Source: Candidatus Onthomorpha sp. (GTDB lineage Bacteria; Bacteroidota; Bacteroidia; Bacteroidales; P3). Taken from it: a stretch of 64,000 nucleotides of DNA. Location: positions 25,478-89,477 of the forward strand of contig JAZNIO010000029.1 in NCBI GenBank assembly GCA_045577535.1, given 5' to 3'. A program made the position numbers and the translations under genes. Below are positions 20,244 through 29,683 of this stretch, piece by piece; position 1 is the first letter of the stretch; each line of letters begins with the position of its first letter. The notes under the pieces were generated by a model, which did not search any database, was not told the DNA's origin, and saw only the letters and a program-made list of their open reading frames with translations.

Positions 20244-20780
20244 ATGATGCAGACAGACAAGGAATTGATTAAAAGATGTCTGAAAAAAGACCCGAAAGCA
20301 CAAAAAATGTTTTATGATCGGTTTTCGCCAATGTTGTTCGGATTATGCCGAAGATACGCAAGGTGCAAACAAGATGCGGAAGACATTTTTCAAGATGCTT
20401 TTGTAAAAGCGTATGAGCAGTTGGAAAAATATTCTTTCAAAGGCTCACTCGAAGGTTGGCTCAGAAAACTTTTTGTCAATCATGCTTTGAATTTCTATCG
20501 TTATGATAAGTCGAATCGTTTTGTTGATGAGCAGGAGTATGGCAGCCTTGTGCAGAAGCCGTTGCAAATAGAGTCGCTTTCGAATGAAGAGTTGTTGCGA
20601 ATGATAGAAGAATTGCCCGATAATTATCGCATGGTATTCAACATGATTGAGATAGAAGGCTACAGCTATACGGAACTATCGGAACAATTGCAGACAAGCC
20701 CGAACAGTTTGCGGGGGGTAAACTTCAAAGCCAAGAAACTGCTCAGAGAAAAAATTGAAAAGAAGTTGCAAAACAAATAA
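20244..20780 (+). CDS. ECF-type RNA polymerase sigma-70 factor
   Basis: Region 2 (DAEDIFQDAFVKAY, WLRKLFVNHALNFYR) and region 4 (GYSYTELSEQL). 178 aa. Confidence 0.9.
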   Translation: MMQTDKELIKRCLKKDPKAQKMFYDRFSPMLFGLCRRYARCKQDAEDIFQDAFVKAYEQLEKYSFKGSLEGWLRKLFVNHALNFYRYDKSNRFVDEQEYGSLVQKPLQIESLSNEELLRMIEELPDNYRMVFNMIEIEGYSYTELSEQLQTSPNSLRGVNFKAKKLLREKIEKKLQNK

Positions 20781-20796
20781 AAGAACAAATAAAACA

Positions 20797-21663
20797 ATGA
20801 ATATGAAAAACGGAGAGATGGATAATGATTTTGATAGTTTGAGAGAGCGTATGCAATCATACGAAGAAAAACCCGATGGTACATTGTGGGAGAATGTATC
20901 GAAGAAAGTGTCGAAATCCTCGGGTGTTTACCTGACTGCATCCATAATAGCAGTGTCGGCATTGTTGGCGGGATTTGTAGGCATGTTGGTTTTGGCACCA
21001 TCGAAAGATGAAACATCTGTCGCAAAAGCCGATGTGAAAGCGACCGAAAATGTTATGCAGATTGCCAAGGAGAAAAAACGTTCGACGAATCTTGAGACCG
21101 TTGCTCCGGAATCAAGAAACAATAAAATGGATTCAAGAAACGATTTTTCGGTTTCCGAAAATGTTTCCGAAGCTCCGATAAGTGCTGTGGAAAATGCTCA
21201 AATCACCAAAATGGTTGAAACGACACCTGCTGTGGAAAAAGCTCCTGCAGAAAAGAAAACCGGCGTTCAGAGTCCGAAACTTGAAAAGCCGATAATTATA
21301 TCCGAAAAACAAGCTCAAGAGGTTAAGCAAATCGAAATCACTGCAATAGAAAGCAAAAACTCTCCCGAGACTTTTGCAGATACAGTGCGTCAACGTCTGT
21401 TCATTCCTAACGCGTTCACTCCCGCATCGGGCGATGACAACAGCATATTCAAACCTGCATACGCCGAAGTATCGGATTACAGAATGGACATTTACAATCG
21501 TAACGGCATGTTGCTATTTACCGGAAACAATATTTCGGAGGGTTGGGACGGAACAACGGTCGGCGGCGATGCTCCCGAAGGTGTGTATATTTACATCGTG
21601 CGTTTCAAAGACACAAAAGGCAAAACACATACACAAAAAGGCAGTCTGATGTTGTTCAGATAA
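20797..21663 (+). CDS. Single-pass membrane protein (anti-sigma-like partner) with C-terminal T9SS type-B (CHU_C / gliding-motility) sorting domain
   Basis: Short cytoplasmic N-terminus (PDGTLWENV), one TM helix, a low-complexity linker and then FIPNAFTPASGDDNSIF...WDGT...PEGVYIYIV...GSLMLFR. Start taken at the ATG just after the sigma stop; the ORF opens at 20755. Confidence 0.7.
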   Translation: MNMKNGEMDNDFDSLRERMQSYEEKPDGTLWENVSKKVSKSSGVYLTASIIAVSALLAGFVGMLVLAPSKDETSVAKADVKATENVMQIAKEKKRSTNLETVAPESRNNKMDSRNDFSVSENVSEAPISAVENAQITKMVETTPAVEKAPAEKKTGVQSPKLEKPIIISEKQAQEVKQIEITAIESKNSPETFADTVRQRLFIPNAFTPASGDDNSIFKPAYAEVSDYRMDIYNRNGMLLFTGNNISEGWDGTTVGGDAPEGVYIYIVRFKDTKGKTHTQKGSLMLFR

Positions 21664-21698
21664 GACACATGATGGCATATTGCAAATCATGAAACCCG

Positions 21699-21745
21699 AA
21701 GCGGCATATCCTGTAAACGATACGGAGATGCCGCTTTTCTTTTGC
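21699..21745 (+). terminator. Rho-independent terminator
   Basis: AAGCGGCAT / ATGCCGCTT stem followed by TTTTCTTTT. Confidence 0.6.
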
Positions 21746-21795
21746 CTAATCGGAAAATATCGACTTGCATATCGTCGGAGTAAGGAAAAAATAGC

Positions 21796-21803
21796 TAACT
21801 TTG
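21796..21803 (+). promoter_or_regulatory. -7 promoter box TAACTTTG (followed by CA) upstream of the transketolase operon
   Basis: TAnnTTTG match 26 nt before the ATG at 21829. Confidence 0.45.
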
Positions 21804-21828
21804 CAGTTTGAAACAAAGAAATGGAACT

Positions 21829-22674
21829 ATGACAGACTTAAAGCAAATGCAAGACATCGCCACACAAATCAGGCGAGACGTCATCCGAATGGTGCACGGA
21901 TGTCAAAGCGGTCACCCTGGCGGAAGTTTGGGTTGCGCAGATTTCATGACGGCATTGTATTTCGATGCGATGGAACTTAATGTTGAGGGATTCACTCGCG
22001 ATGGTAAGGGCGAGGATATGTTTTTCCTTTCGAACGGACACATATCCCCGGTATGGTACAGCGTATTGGCAAGAAGGGGTTATTTTCCTGTCAGCGAGCT
22101 TGCAACATTCCGTCGATTGGGAACAAGATTGCAAGGACACCCGAGCATACACGATAATCTGCCGGGCGTAAGGCAGGCATCAGGTTCGTTAGGTCAGGGA
22201 TTATCTGTTGCAGTCGGAGCGGCATTGGCAAAAAAGATGAATGCAGATGATAAATTGGTCTATGTGCTTCACGGAGACGGAGAATTGCAAGAAGGACAGA
22301 TTTGGGAGGCTGTGATGTTTGCAGGAGCCAACGGAGTGGATAATCTGATAGCAACCGTTGACGTTAATATGCTTCAAATAGACGGCACGACGGATCAAGT
22401 ATGCTCTTTGGGCGATTTGAGAGCCAAATTCGAGGCATTCAAATGGGAAGTCGTAGAAGCCGAAGGCAACGAAATGGAATCAATAATCGCCGGATTGAAA
22501 CAGGCAAAGGAAAAAACGAAACAAGGAAAGCCGGTTGTGATTCTTATGCGTACGCAAATGGGATTCGGAGTTGATTTCATGCAAAACAAAAACAAATGGC
22601 ACGGAACACCGCCGAATGACGAGCAAGCCGCACAAGCATTGGCACAACTTGCAGAAACACTTGGTGATTATTGA
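21829..22674 (+). CDS. Transketolase, N-terminal (TPP-binding) subunit of the split form
   Basis: HPGGSLG and GDGELQEGQIWEA. About 280 aa, the N-terminal half only. Confidence 0.92.
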   Translation: MTDLKQMQDIATQIRRDVIRMVHGCQSGHPGGSLGCADFMTALYFDAMELNVEGFTRDGKGEDMFFLSNGHISPVWYSVLARRGYFPVSELATFRRLGTRLQGHPSIHDNLPGVRQASGSLGQGLSVAVGAALAKKMNADDKLVYVLHGDGELQEGQIWEAVMFAGANGVDNLIATVDVNMLQIDGTTDQVCSLGDLRAKFEAFKWEVVEAEGNEMESIIAGLKQAKEKTKQGKPVVILMRTQMGFGVDFMQNKNKWHGTPPNDEQAAQALAQLAETLGDY

Positions 22675-22691
22675 TAAGCGAAAAACAGCAG

Positions 22692-24098
22692 ATGAAACAC
22701 ATACAGAGAATCGGAAAAATATTTGCGGCATGTTTTCTTTTGGGACTGTCGATGACGCTTTTCTCCCAACCAAGCGGGGTAAAGGTAACCCGAAAGGACG
22801 CAAACATGACCACGCGTATCCTTTTCATTCTCGATTGTTCGAACAGCATGTACGGAATGTGGCAAAGCAACACCAAGATCAAGATAGCCCAGAATTTGTT
22901 GTCAAACATAGTCGATACGCTTTCCGATCGCAGAGGAGTGGAAATGGCGTTGAGAGCATACGGACACACAAAGGACTATCCGCCTCAGGATTGCGATGAC
23001 ACCCGATTGGAGGTTAGTTTCTCCGTAAACAATGCAGAACAAATCAAATCCAAACTTAAAGCACTCATACCGAAGGGAACGACGCCCATAGCTTCGACTT
23101 TGGAGAGTTGTGTCGCCGATTTCCCCGATGCAGACAACTGTCGAAACATCATAATCTTGATAACAGACGGAACAGATGAGTGTTCTGGAGACGTATGTGC
23201 GGCATCTGAACAACTGCAAAAGCAAGGTGCTTTCCTAAAACCTTTCATCATAGGCATAGGAAAAGGAATGAGGGAAACCTTCAAATGTGCCGGAGTTTAC
23301 TATGAGGCAACCAATGAAATCGAATTCTCGAAAGCATTGAACGATGTGGTACGTCAGGCTTTGGATAACACAACCATACAGGTCAATATCTTAGATGCGT
23401 ACATGGAAGCAAGCGAAACTAATGTTCCTATGACGTTTTACGATTCTCAAAGCAAGAAATTACGCTACACTTTCATGCATACGTTCAACAACAAAGGGCT
23501 TTCCGATACCTTGATATTGGATCCGCTCATCGATTACGACATAGTGGTGCATACGATTCCCCCGGTCAAAGAAGAGAATGTAAAACTCATTCCGGGGCGT
23601 CATACAATCATTCCGATAAAAGCTCCTCAGGGCAGTATGGTAATCACACAAGGTGAAGAGAAATCAACGCTCAAACCATCTGTAATCGTGAGAAAATCCG
23701 GTGAATTGGAAGTTGTGAATGTCCAAGATTTGAACAAGACGGAGAGATATTTGGTTGGCAAATATGATTTGGAGATACTGACCAAGCCGAGGCTGAAAAT
23801 CGAGAACGTAGAGATAGGACAGAGTTCCACAACCACGATAGAGATTCCTCAAAGCGGAATTCTAAGCCTCAACAAGGGCAGACAAAACATGATAGGCAGC
23901 ATCTTTGTCAAGGATAGCGAAGAAACGAAATGGGTATCCAACCTTGACAGCAAGAAAATCAACGAAAACATCACCCTTTTGCCCGGTCGCTACATGGTGG
24001 TTTTGAGAGCCCACAACGCAACACAGACCACCAAGACCATAGTAAAGGAATTTAAGATAGAATCAAAGAAAACGACAAACATTAACTTAGCAAAATAA
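22692..24098 (+). CDS. Secreted von Willebrand factor A (VWA) domain protein with beta-rich C-terminal region
   Basis: Signal peptide, MIDAS motif DCSNS...GTTPI...TDGTDE, then about 230 aa of beta-strand-like sequence. ATG at 22692; the ORF opens with TTG at 22671. Confidence 0.85.
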   Translation: MKHIQRIGKIFAACFLLGLSMTLFSQPSGVKVTRKDANMTTRILFILDCSNSMYGMWQSNTKIKIAQNLLSNIVDTLSDRRGVEMALRAYGHTKDYPPQDCDDTRLEVSFSVNNAEQIKSKLKALIPKGTTPIASTLESCVADFPDADNCRNIIILITDGTDECSGDVCAASEQLQKQGAFLKPFIIGIGKGMRETFKCAGVYYEATNEIEFSKALNDVVRQALDNTTIQVNILDAYMEASETNVPMTFYDSQSKKLRYTFMHTFNNKGLSDTLILDPLIDYDIVVHTIPPVKEENVKLIPGRHTIIPIKAPQGSMVITQGEEKSTLKPSVIVRKSGELEVVNVQDLNKTERYLVGKYDLEILTKPRLKIENVEIGQSSTTTIEIPQSGILSLNKGRQNMIGSIFVKDSEETKWVSNLDSKKINENITLLPGRYMVVLRAHNATQTTKTIVKEFKIESKKTTNINLAK

Positions 24099-24103
24099 AC
24101 GAT

Positions 24104-25060
24104 ATGAAAGAATATACAGTTTTAGGTAGCAAAGACACCCGCTCAGGCTTCGGAGACGGATTGGCAGAGGCAGGAAGACGCAATCCGAATGTTGTTGCAT
24201 TGTGTGCAGACCTTACAGGATCGGTTAAAATGGACATATTCGCCAAAGAATTTCCGGAAAGAATGATACAATGCGGCATTGCCGAGGCAGATATGATAGG
24301 AATAGCCGCAGGATTGGCACTAAGCGGCAAGGTAGCCTTTGCAAGCAGTTTCGCAGCCTTTGCAACAGGACGAGTTTACGACCAAATACGTCAGGCAGTG
24401 GCTTATTCGAACACCAATGTCAAAATAGGAGGCTCGCATGCCGGCATAACATTGGGCGAAGACGGAGCAACACACCAAATATTGGAAGACATAGGATTGA
24501 TGAAGATGCTTCCGAACATGGTAGTTTTGAATCCGTGCGACTACAATCAAACAGTGGCAGCCACAATCGCGGCAGCAGAATACCAAGGTCCTGTTTACAT
24601 ACGTTTCGGTCGTCCTAAAGTTCCTGTATTCATACCTTCGGACATGCCGTTTGAGATTGGAAAGGCACTTGTCTTGAATGAAGGCAGCGATGTCAGCCTC
24701 ATAGCGACCGGACACCTTGTTTGGGAGGCATTGGAAGCGGCAAAGCAGTTGGAGAAAGAAGGAATCAGTGCCGAGGTTATTGACATACACACAATAAAAC
24801 CTTTGGACAGCGAAGCAATATTGCGTTCCGTTGCCAAGACAGGCTGTGTCGTAGGATGCGAAGAGCACCAATACAACGGCGGATTGAACGAAAGTATAGC
24901 TCAACTATTGGTTCGCAACAACCCTGCACCGATGGAATTCATCGGAATCGACGACAAATTCGGCGAAAGCGGCAAACCGGACGAACTGATGGCAAAATAC
25001 GGATTGAAATCAGCGAACATCGTCGAGGCAGCCAAGAAAGCAATTGCCAGAAAGAAATAA
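24104..25060 (+). CDS. Transketolase, C-terminal (pyrimidine-binding) subunit of the split form
   Basis: 318 aa. GIAEADMIGIAAG and GGSHAGITLGEDGATHQ are typical of the transketolase central and C-terminal domains. Confidence 0.92.
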   Translation: MKEYTVLGSKDTRSGFGDGLAEAGRRNPNVVALCADLTGSVKMDIFAKEFPERMIQCGIAEADMIGIAAGLALSGKVAFASSFAAFATGRVYDQIRQAVAYSNTNVKIGGSHAGITLGEDGATHQILEDIGLMKMLPNMVVLNPCDYNQTVAATIAAAEYQGPVYIRFGRPKVPVFIPSDMPFEIGKALVLNEGSDVSLIATGHLVWEALEAAKQLEKEGISAEVIDIHTIKPLDSEAILRSVAKTGCVVGCEEHQYNGGLNESIAQLLVRNNPAPMEFIGIDDKFGESGKPDELMAKYGLKSANIVEAAKKAIARKK

Positions 25061-25197
25061 GAACAGAGAAGTCGCAGCAAAGAAGAGAGTGGAGCAAGAC
25101 CACGCCCGGCTTTGTTGCCGTTCAATTAAAATCAATATATATCCGGCAGGTTTCGATTCAAATCGGAACTTGCCTTTTTCAAAATCTCCGGAAGCGA

Positions 25198-27297
25198 ATG
25201 AAGACAAACCCCAAATTGGATTTGGCTCGAAAATACGTAGAGCAGACAAAGTGCAACATATTCCTTACAGGCAAGGCAGGAACGGGCAAGACGACATTTT
25301 TGAAAGACCTTACACGCAACTTGAAACACAAACGCTTTGTCGTTCTCGCACCCACCGGAATCGCAGCCTTGAATGCAGAAGGACAGACCATACATTCGTT
25401 TTTGCAACTTGAACTTTCGCCTTACATACCCGGCAGTCGGTTGCCGTCAAAGAAGTATCGAAAAGACAAACTCAACCTCATACGCAGTTTAGATTTGATA
25501 ATCATAGATGAAATCTCCATGGTGCGAGCCGATCTTTTGGATAGGATAGACGTGGTTTTGAGAAAGATACGCTATCGTCATTCAACAGAAGCTTTCGGTG
25601 GCGTTCAATTGCTTTTAATAGGCGATTTGAGTCAGTTGCCACCCGTTGCGACCGAGCAGGAGTGGGAGATGCTTTCACACTACTATGACTCACCTTATTT
25701 TTTCTCCTCTTTGAGTTGGCAAAACACGGCTTTCCACACTATAGAGCTGGATCACATCTACCGACAAAGCGATCCGCTTTTCATAGACCTGCTTAACCGA
25801 GTGCGGGACAACAAGATAAACGAACAAGTCATCGAAACGCTCAACAGTCGCTATAAACCGGAACAACTCGATGAAGATACAGACGGCAGCATCATTCTTT
25901 GCACACACAACAACACAGCAAACCAAATCAACAACAAACATCTCGAACAACTCGAAGGCAAGAGCTTTTACTATCACTGCGAAAAAACAGGAGAATTCGA
26001 CGATAAGAACCTTCCGAACCTGGAAACACTCGAACTGAAAGAAGGAGCACAAGTCATGTTCATCAAAAACGATTACTCTTCACCTGATTTCCGTCGCTAC
26101 TACAATGGAACGATAGGCACGATTACCGCATTGGACGACGAAATCATAAAGGTGAAATTATCGGATAGGGAAGAAGAAGTCGAAGTTGAGCAATACGTTT
26201 GGGAGAAATGTAACTATAAACTGAACAAACAAAACAACGAAATCACCAAAGAAACAGTCGGTACATTCAAACAATACCCCATACGCCTTGCTTGGGCAAT
26301 CACCATACACAAAAGCCAAGGACTGACGTTCGATAAAGCAATCATAGACGCATCGCAAAGTTTCACACACGGACAATACTATGTTGCATTGAGCCGTTGC
26401 CGAAGCCTTGAAGGCATGTGCCTGAGCAGTCCGTTCAATCCGCAAACCGTCATAACCGATCCGGAAATAAACACCTTCACTCATTATCAGACACTCAACC
26501 AAGCCGATGACAAAACCTTCGAACACGATCGCAAACTGTACAACCTTCATACCCTCGAAGAAATATATTCATTCGCCACGCTCAAACAACTGAAAACCCA
26601 ACTGCTCGACCATACCGTCAATAGTTTTCAATCATTCGATGCAGCCCAAGCCGTAAACACCATAAGCACTGCAATAGATGAAGCAATCATACAAGTGTCG
26701 GGCAGATTCATCACCCAATTACGCAGCATTTACGGCGACTCCGACCTGCTTGAAGAAAGATGCCGCAAAGCCAATGACTATTTCATGCAACAGATGTCTT
26801 TGAACTTCACTTTTCTTCAAGCCTTTGACCAACTCGATGACTTGGAATTGGACGAGCGGGTTGAAGAATCCCTCATGCAGTTCGGCAATGAAGTCGAGTT
26901 GAAATGCCGTTTACTCACCTATCTTCAAGAACACGACTATAGGGTTGAAGAGGTGCAGAAATTAAAGAACAAAATAATATCCGAAGGCGACAAAACAGAG
27001 TGGACACACTTCAAACGCCATGTCGTGAAGCAGAATCCGACCGTAACCGAAAGCCAAGACAATCCGACGGAACTTGAATTGGACGATTTGTTTCTTGCAT
27101 TGAAAAAATGGCGAAGGGAAAAAGCTTCAGCCGAACACCTGCCCGCATACTGCATACTCGGAAACAAAGCCCTCGAACAAATAGTCATCAATCGTCCTGC
27201 AACTCCCGCAGAATTGCAATCCCTCAAAGGCATAGGCAAAAAAACAATGGAGAAATACTCTTCGGACATTCTTGAAATAGTGCATGAATACGCATGA
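25198..27297 (+). CDS. RecD/Pif1-like SF1 DNA helicase with C-terminal HRDC-like domain
   Basis: Walker A GKAGTGKTT, Walker B LIIIDEISMV, QLPPV, AITIHKSQGLTF and C-terminal LKGIGKKTMEKY. The in-frame extension back to 24856 overlaps the transketolase gene and is not used. Confidence 0.85.
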   Translation: MKTNPKLDLARKYVEQTKCNIFLTGKAGTGKTTFLKDLTRNLKHKRFVVLAPTGIAALNAEGQTIHSFLQLELSPYIPGSRLPSKKYRKDKLNLIRSLDLIIIDEISMVRADLLDRIDVVLRKIRYRHSTEAFGGVQLLLIGDLSQLPPVATEQEWEMLSHYYDSPYFFSSLSWQNTAFHTIELDHIYRQSDPLFIDLLNRVRDNKINEQVIETLNSRYKPEQLDEDTDGSIILCTHNNTANQINNKHLEQLEGKSFYYHCEKTGEFDDKNLPNLETLELKEGAQVMFIKNDYSSPDFRRYYNGTIGTITALDDEIIKVKLSDREEEVEVEQYVWEKCNYKLNKQNNEITKETVGTFKQYPIRLAWAITIHKSQGLTFDKAIIDASQSFTHGQYYVALSRCRSLEGMCLSSPFNPQTVITDPEINTFTHYQTLNQADDKTFEHDRKLYNLHTLEEIYSFATLKQLKTQLLDHTVNSFQSFDAAQAVNTISTAIDEAIIQVSGRFITQLRSIYGDSDLLEERCRKANDYFMQQMSLNFTFLQAFDQLDDLELDERVEESLMQFGNEVELKCRLLTYLQEHDYRVEEVQKLKNKIISEGDKTEWTHFKRHVVKQNPTVTESQDNPTELELDDLFLALKKWRREKASAEHLPAYCILGNKALEQIVINRPATPAELQSLKGIGKKTMEKYSSDILEIVHEYA

Positions 27298-27402
27298 GAG
27301 AATCGGTGAATGCTACAACGCTTGTCAGATATATTCTTTTTTTATTTCTTTTCGTGATAGATTTTGCAAGTTTCCACACTCTTTATGTGAAAAAGGAAAA
27401 TC

Positions 27403-27759
27403 ATGAAAAGAAGATTGTTGTTTATCATTATGCTTTTGGGTTTGCTGACAACAGCTCATGCTCAAAGCGATTATTACATCAAGAAAGCCCAAGGCTATCA
27501 GCGTGAGGCGGAATATTATCAGAAGAAAGCCGATGGCTATCGCAGAGAAGCCGCTTATTATCTCAAAAAAGCGGAAGAGTATCAGCGTGAAGTCGCTTAC
27601 TACACCAATCGTGCCGATGTGAGCAGAGCACAAACTTATTCCAAGTATGTCGAAGATGCGATGTACAAGTATAAGACGCAATTGAGATATGCAGCCGATG
27701 CAGACGAGAAAGCGGCGATGTATCTTCGTTGGGCGGCGGAGGCATTGAGCAAACAATAG
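27403..27759 (+). CDS. Small secreted repeat protein (14-residue YYxKKAxGYxREAx repeats)
   Basis: Signal peptide ending AHAQ, then YYIKKAQGYQREAE / YYQKKADGYRREAA / YYLKKAEEYQREVA / YYTNRADVSRAQT. Confidence 0.6.
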   Translation: MKRRLLFIIMLLGLLTTAHAQSDYYIKKAQGYQREAEYYQKKADGYRREAAYYLKKAEEYQREVAYYTNRADVSRAQTYSKYVEDAMYKYKTQLRYAADADEKAAMYLRWAAEALSKQ

Positions 27760-27848
27760 GTCGAAAACCCGCTTCGATGATTGAAAACCTGCATACATGT
27801 TCGCAAGTCAAATAAACAGTAAAACAATATTGTAAAAAACATTAAGTT

Positions 27849-29222
27849 ATGAAAAACAGAAAATTGTCAAAATTTGTTTTGTGTGCAGACATCTTGATTT
27901 GCACCTTGCTATTCTTTCTAATCCTTCACCATGAGTTGAATTCGTGGCAACTGAATATGTTTTTGGTGTCCGTTCCCTTGCTGAGAATGTGGCAAAGCTT
28001 TCTGACATACGGCAGAAATAAGATGGCAGCGGTGCCGCTTGTAATTTTGTCTTTTTCAAGCTTGATTATGTTCATCGAAATGCCGTATAGCGTATTCTCA
28101 TCAGGCTTATTCGTCATGCCCTTGTCAAACCTCATCGAACATTTTTCTCATTTGGCAGGCGTTCAAGGCGTGATTGGTTTTCAGCAATTGGCTGATTATT
28201 CGATTACCATAACGATTGCAGGCTGTATTTGGCTGATCGGCATTCCTTTGACAATGTATCTGTACCGATTATTCAAAAAACAATTGCAACCAAGCGGCTT
28301 GAGCATTTGGAAAAGCATTGCTCTCGGAGCATACATCTTTGTTTCGATAAGCGTTTTGACCCTTATGATGGAATTGCCTTTTGTTGCAATCAAACTGCTT
28401 CTTGCACTTATATTTTTGGCACTTATTCCGATTATATTCTATCGCGGAAGGCTCAGAGGTTTGTTTGCTCGTCATGAAATTGTTTTTTTGATTGCCTTTG
28501 CCATGCTTTTGATTTGTTACGCCTTTGCAGTGAAAATGGGAGAAGTTACGGTGATTTCGGCATGTGTATTCCCGATAGCGTTTTATGTTCTTGCAAATTG
28601 GTATGTTCGAAGGAAGATTACGCTCAACGAAACAATATTTGTCGTAAGTGCTTCGGTGGTTTTCTCTTTTGCACAATACATTCCCGGAATCATACGCCTG
28701 ATTTGTCTTTTCGTATCTTTGATTCTGTTTGCCGTTCCTTTGATTCGTTTTGCAAAAACAAGCAATCGCAAATCCGTCTCAGTATGTCTGTATGTCATGA
28801 TTGCGTTTGCAGTACCTGTGTTGTCAATCGGCTATAATCCTTATTCGGTTTTGAATGCGGGAAGAGTGATGCGTTTCGACTCTTATTCATATTCTCCGAA
28901 CGGTTTGTTGATTGTGCAAGGCAAAAACGGATTCGGATTGAGGGACAGATACAAACAGATTATCCCTTCTGAGTATGATTACATCGAAATACTGACTCCG
29001 TCAAAGCCTTATTGCAAAGTGAGAAAAGATGGCAAGTATCGAATCTACGACATCGAAAGACATGAGTTGCTAAGCGAAGAATGGTTTGAGCAAATCACCC
29101 CTTGCGAAGAATACGTCTATCGTTTGAAAACCGCAAATGGGGATAAATATCTGTTCATGCCCGAAATATATGATCGCAATGAGAAAAAACAAGAAGCAAA
29201 GATAAGTCTCTATTCGTTGTGA
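27849..29222 (+). CDS. Polytopic membrane protein with C-terminal WG-repeat-like region
   Basis: About 9 predicted TM helices. The C-terminal ~120 aa has GKNGFGLRD / KDGKYRIYD type repeats. Confidence 0.6.
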   Translation: MKNRKLSKFVLCADILICTLLFFLILHHELNSWQLNMFLVSVPLLRMWQSFLTYGRNKMAAVPLVILSFSSLIMFIEMPYSVFSSGLFVMPLSNLIEHFSHLAGVQGVIGFQQLADYSITITIAGCIWLIGIPLTMYLYRLFKKQLQPSGLSIWKSIALGAYIFVSISVLTLMMELPFVAIKLLLALIFLALIPIIFYRGRLRGLFARHEIVFLIAFAMLLICYAFAVKMGEVTVISACVFPIAFYVLANWYVRRKITLNETIFVVSASVVFSFAQYIPGIIRLICLFVSLILFAVPLIRFAKTSNRKSVSVCLYVMIAFAVPVLSIGYNPYSVLNAGRVMRFDSYSYSPNGLLIVQGKNGFGLRDRYKQIIPSEYDYIEILTPSKPYCKVRKDGKYRIYDIERHELLSEEWFEQITPCEEYVYRLKTANGDKYLFMPEIYDRNEKKQEAKISLYSL

Positions 29223-29683
29223 TAAGGTTCGCCTTTGATGATTGTAAAAGCCCGATAAAGCTGTTCGACAAAGAGCAGTCTTATCATTTGATGAGAGAAA
29301 GTCATCTTGCTGATTGAGAGTTTTTCTCCGGCTTGCGAATAGACCTTTTCCGAGAATCCGAACGCTCCGCCAACGACAAACGACAATGTCTTGAGCGAAG
29401 CGTTCATTTGTTTTTCTATGTATTTCGAGAATTCCACGCTTGAGAATTCTTTTCCTTTCTCATCGAGCAGCACAACTTTGTCTGCCTTTGCCGAATGTTT
29501 GAGAATCAACTCCGCTTCTTTGTCTTTGAGCTCCGAAACCGACATATTCTTGGCGTTTTTCACATCGGGCAAAACCACGATTTCGAAATTGATGTAGTGA
29601 GTCAGCCGTTTGATATATATATCCAAAGCTTCCTTCAAATACTTCTGCTCATTCTTTCCGACAACTATCAATTTAATGTTCAT
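29210..29683 (-). CDS. rlmH: 23S rRNA (pseudouridine1915-N3)-methyltransferase RlmH
   Basis: 157 aa SPOUT fold, with LDEKGKEFSS and FSHQMIRLLFVEQLYRA typical of RlmH. Confidence 0.93.
   Translation of the reverse strand: MNIKLIVVGKNEQKYLKEALDIYIKRLTHYINFEIVVLPDVKNAKNMSVSELKDKEAELILKHSAKADKVVLLDEKGKEFSSVEFSKYIEKQMNASLKTLSFVVGGAFGFSEKVYSQAGEKLSISKMTFSHQMIRLLFVEQLYRAFTIIKGEPYHNE

Noticed and set aside
24856-25197. Long N-terminal extension of the helicase ORF (813 aa in the track)
   Set aside because: The extension overlaps the 3' end of the transketolase C-terminal subunit gene in another frame and encodes Arg-rich low-complexity sequence. The recognisable helicase starts at the ATG at 25198 (MKTNPKLDLARKY...GKAGTGKTT).
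29210-29222. 13-nt tail-to-tail overlap of the convergent WG-repeat membrane gene and rlmH
   Set aside because: The overlap is real in the sequence (TGA at 29220-29222, TAG complement at 29210-29212). Short convergent overlaps are common in compact genomes, and nothing further distinguishes the site.
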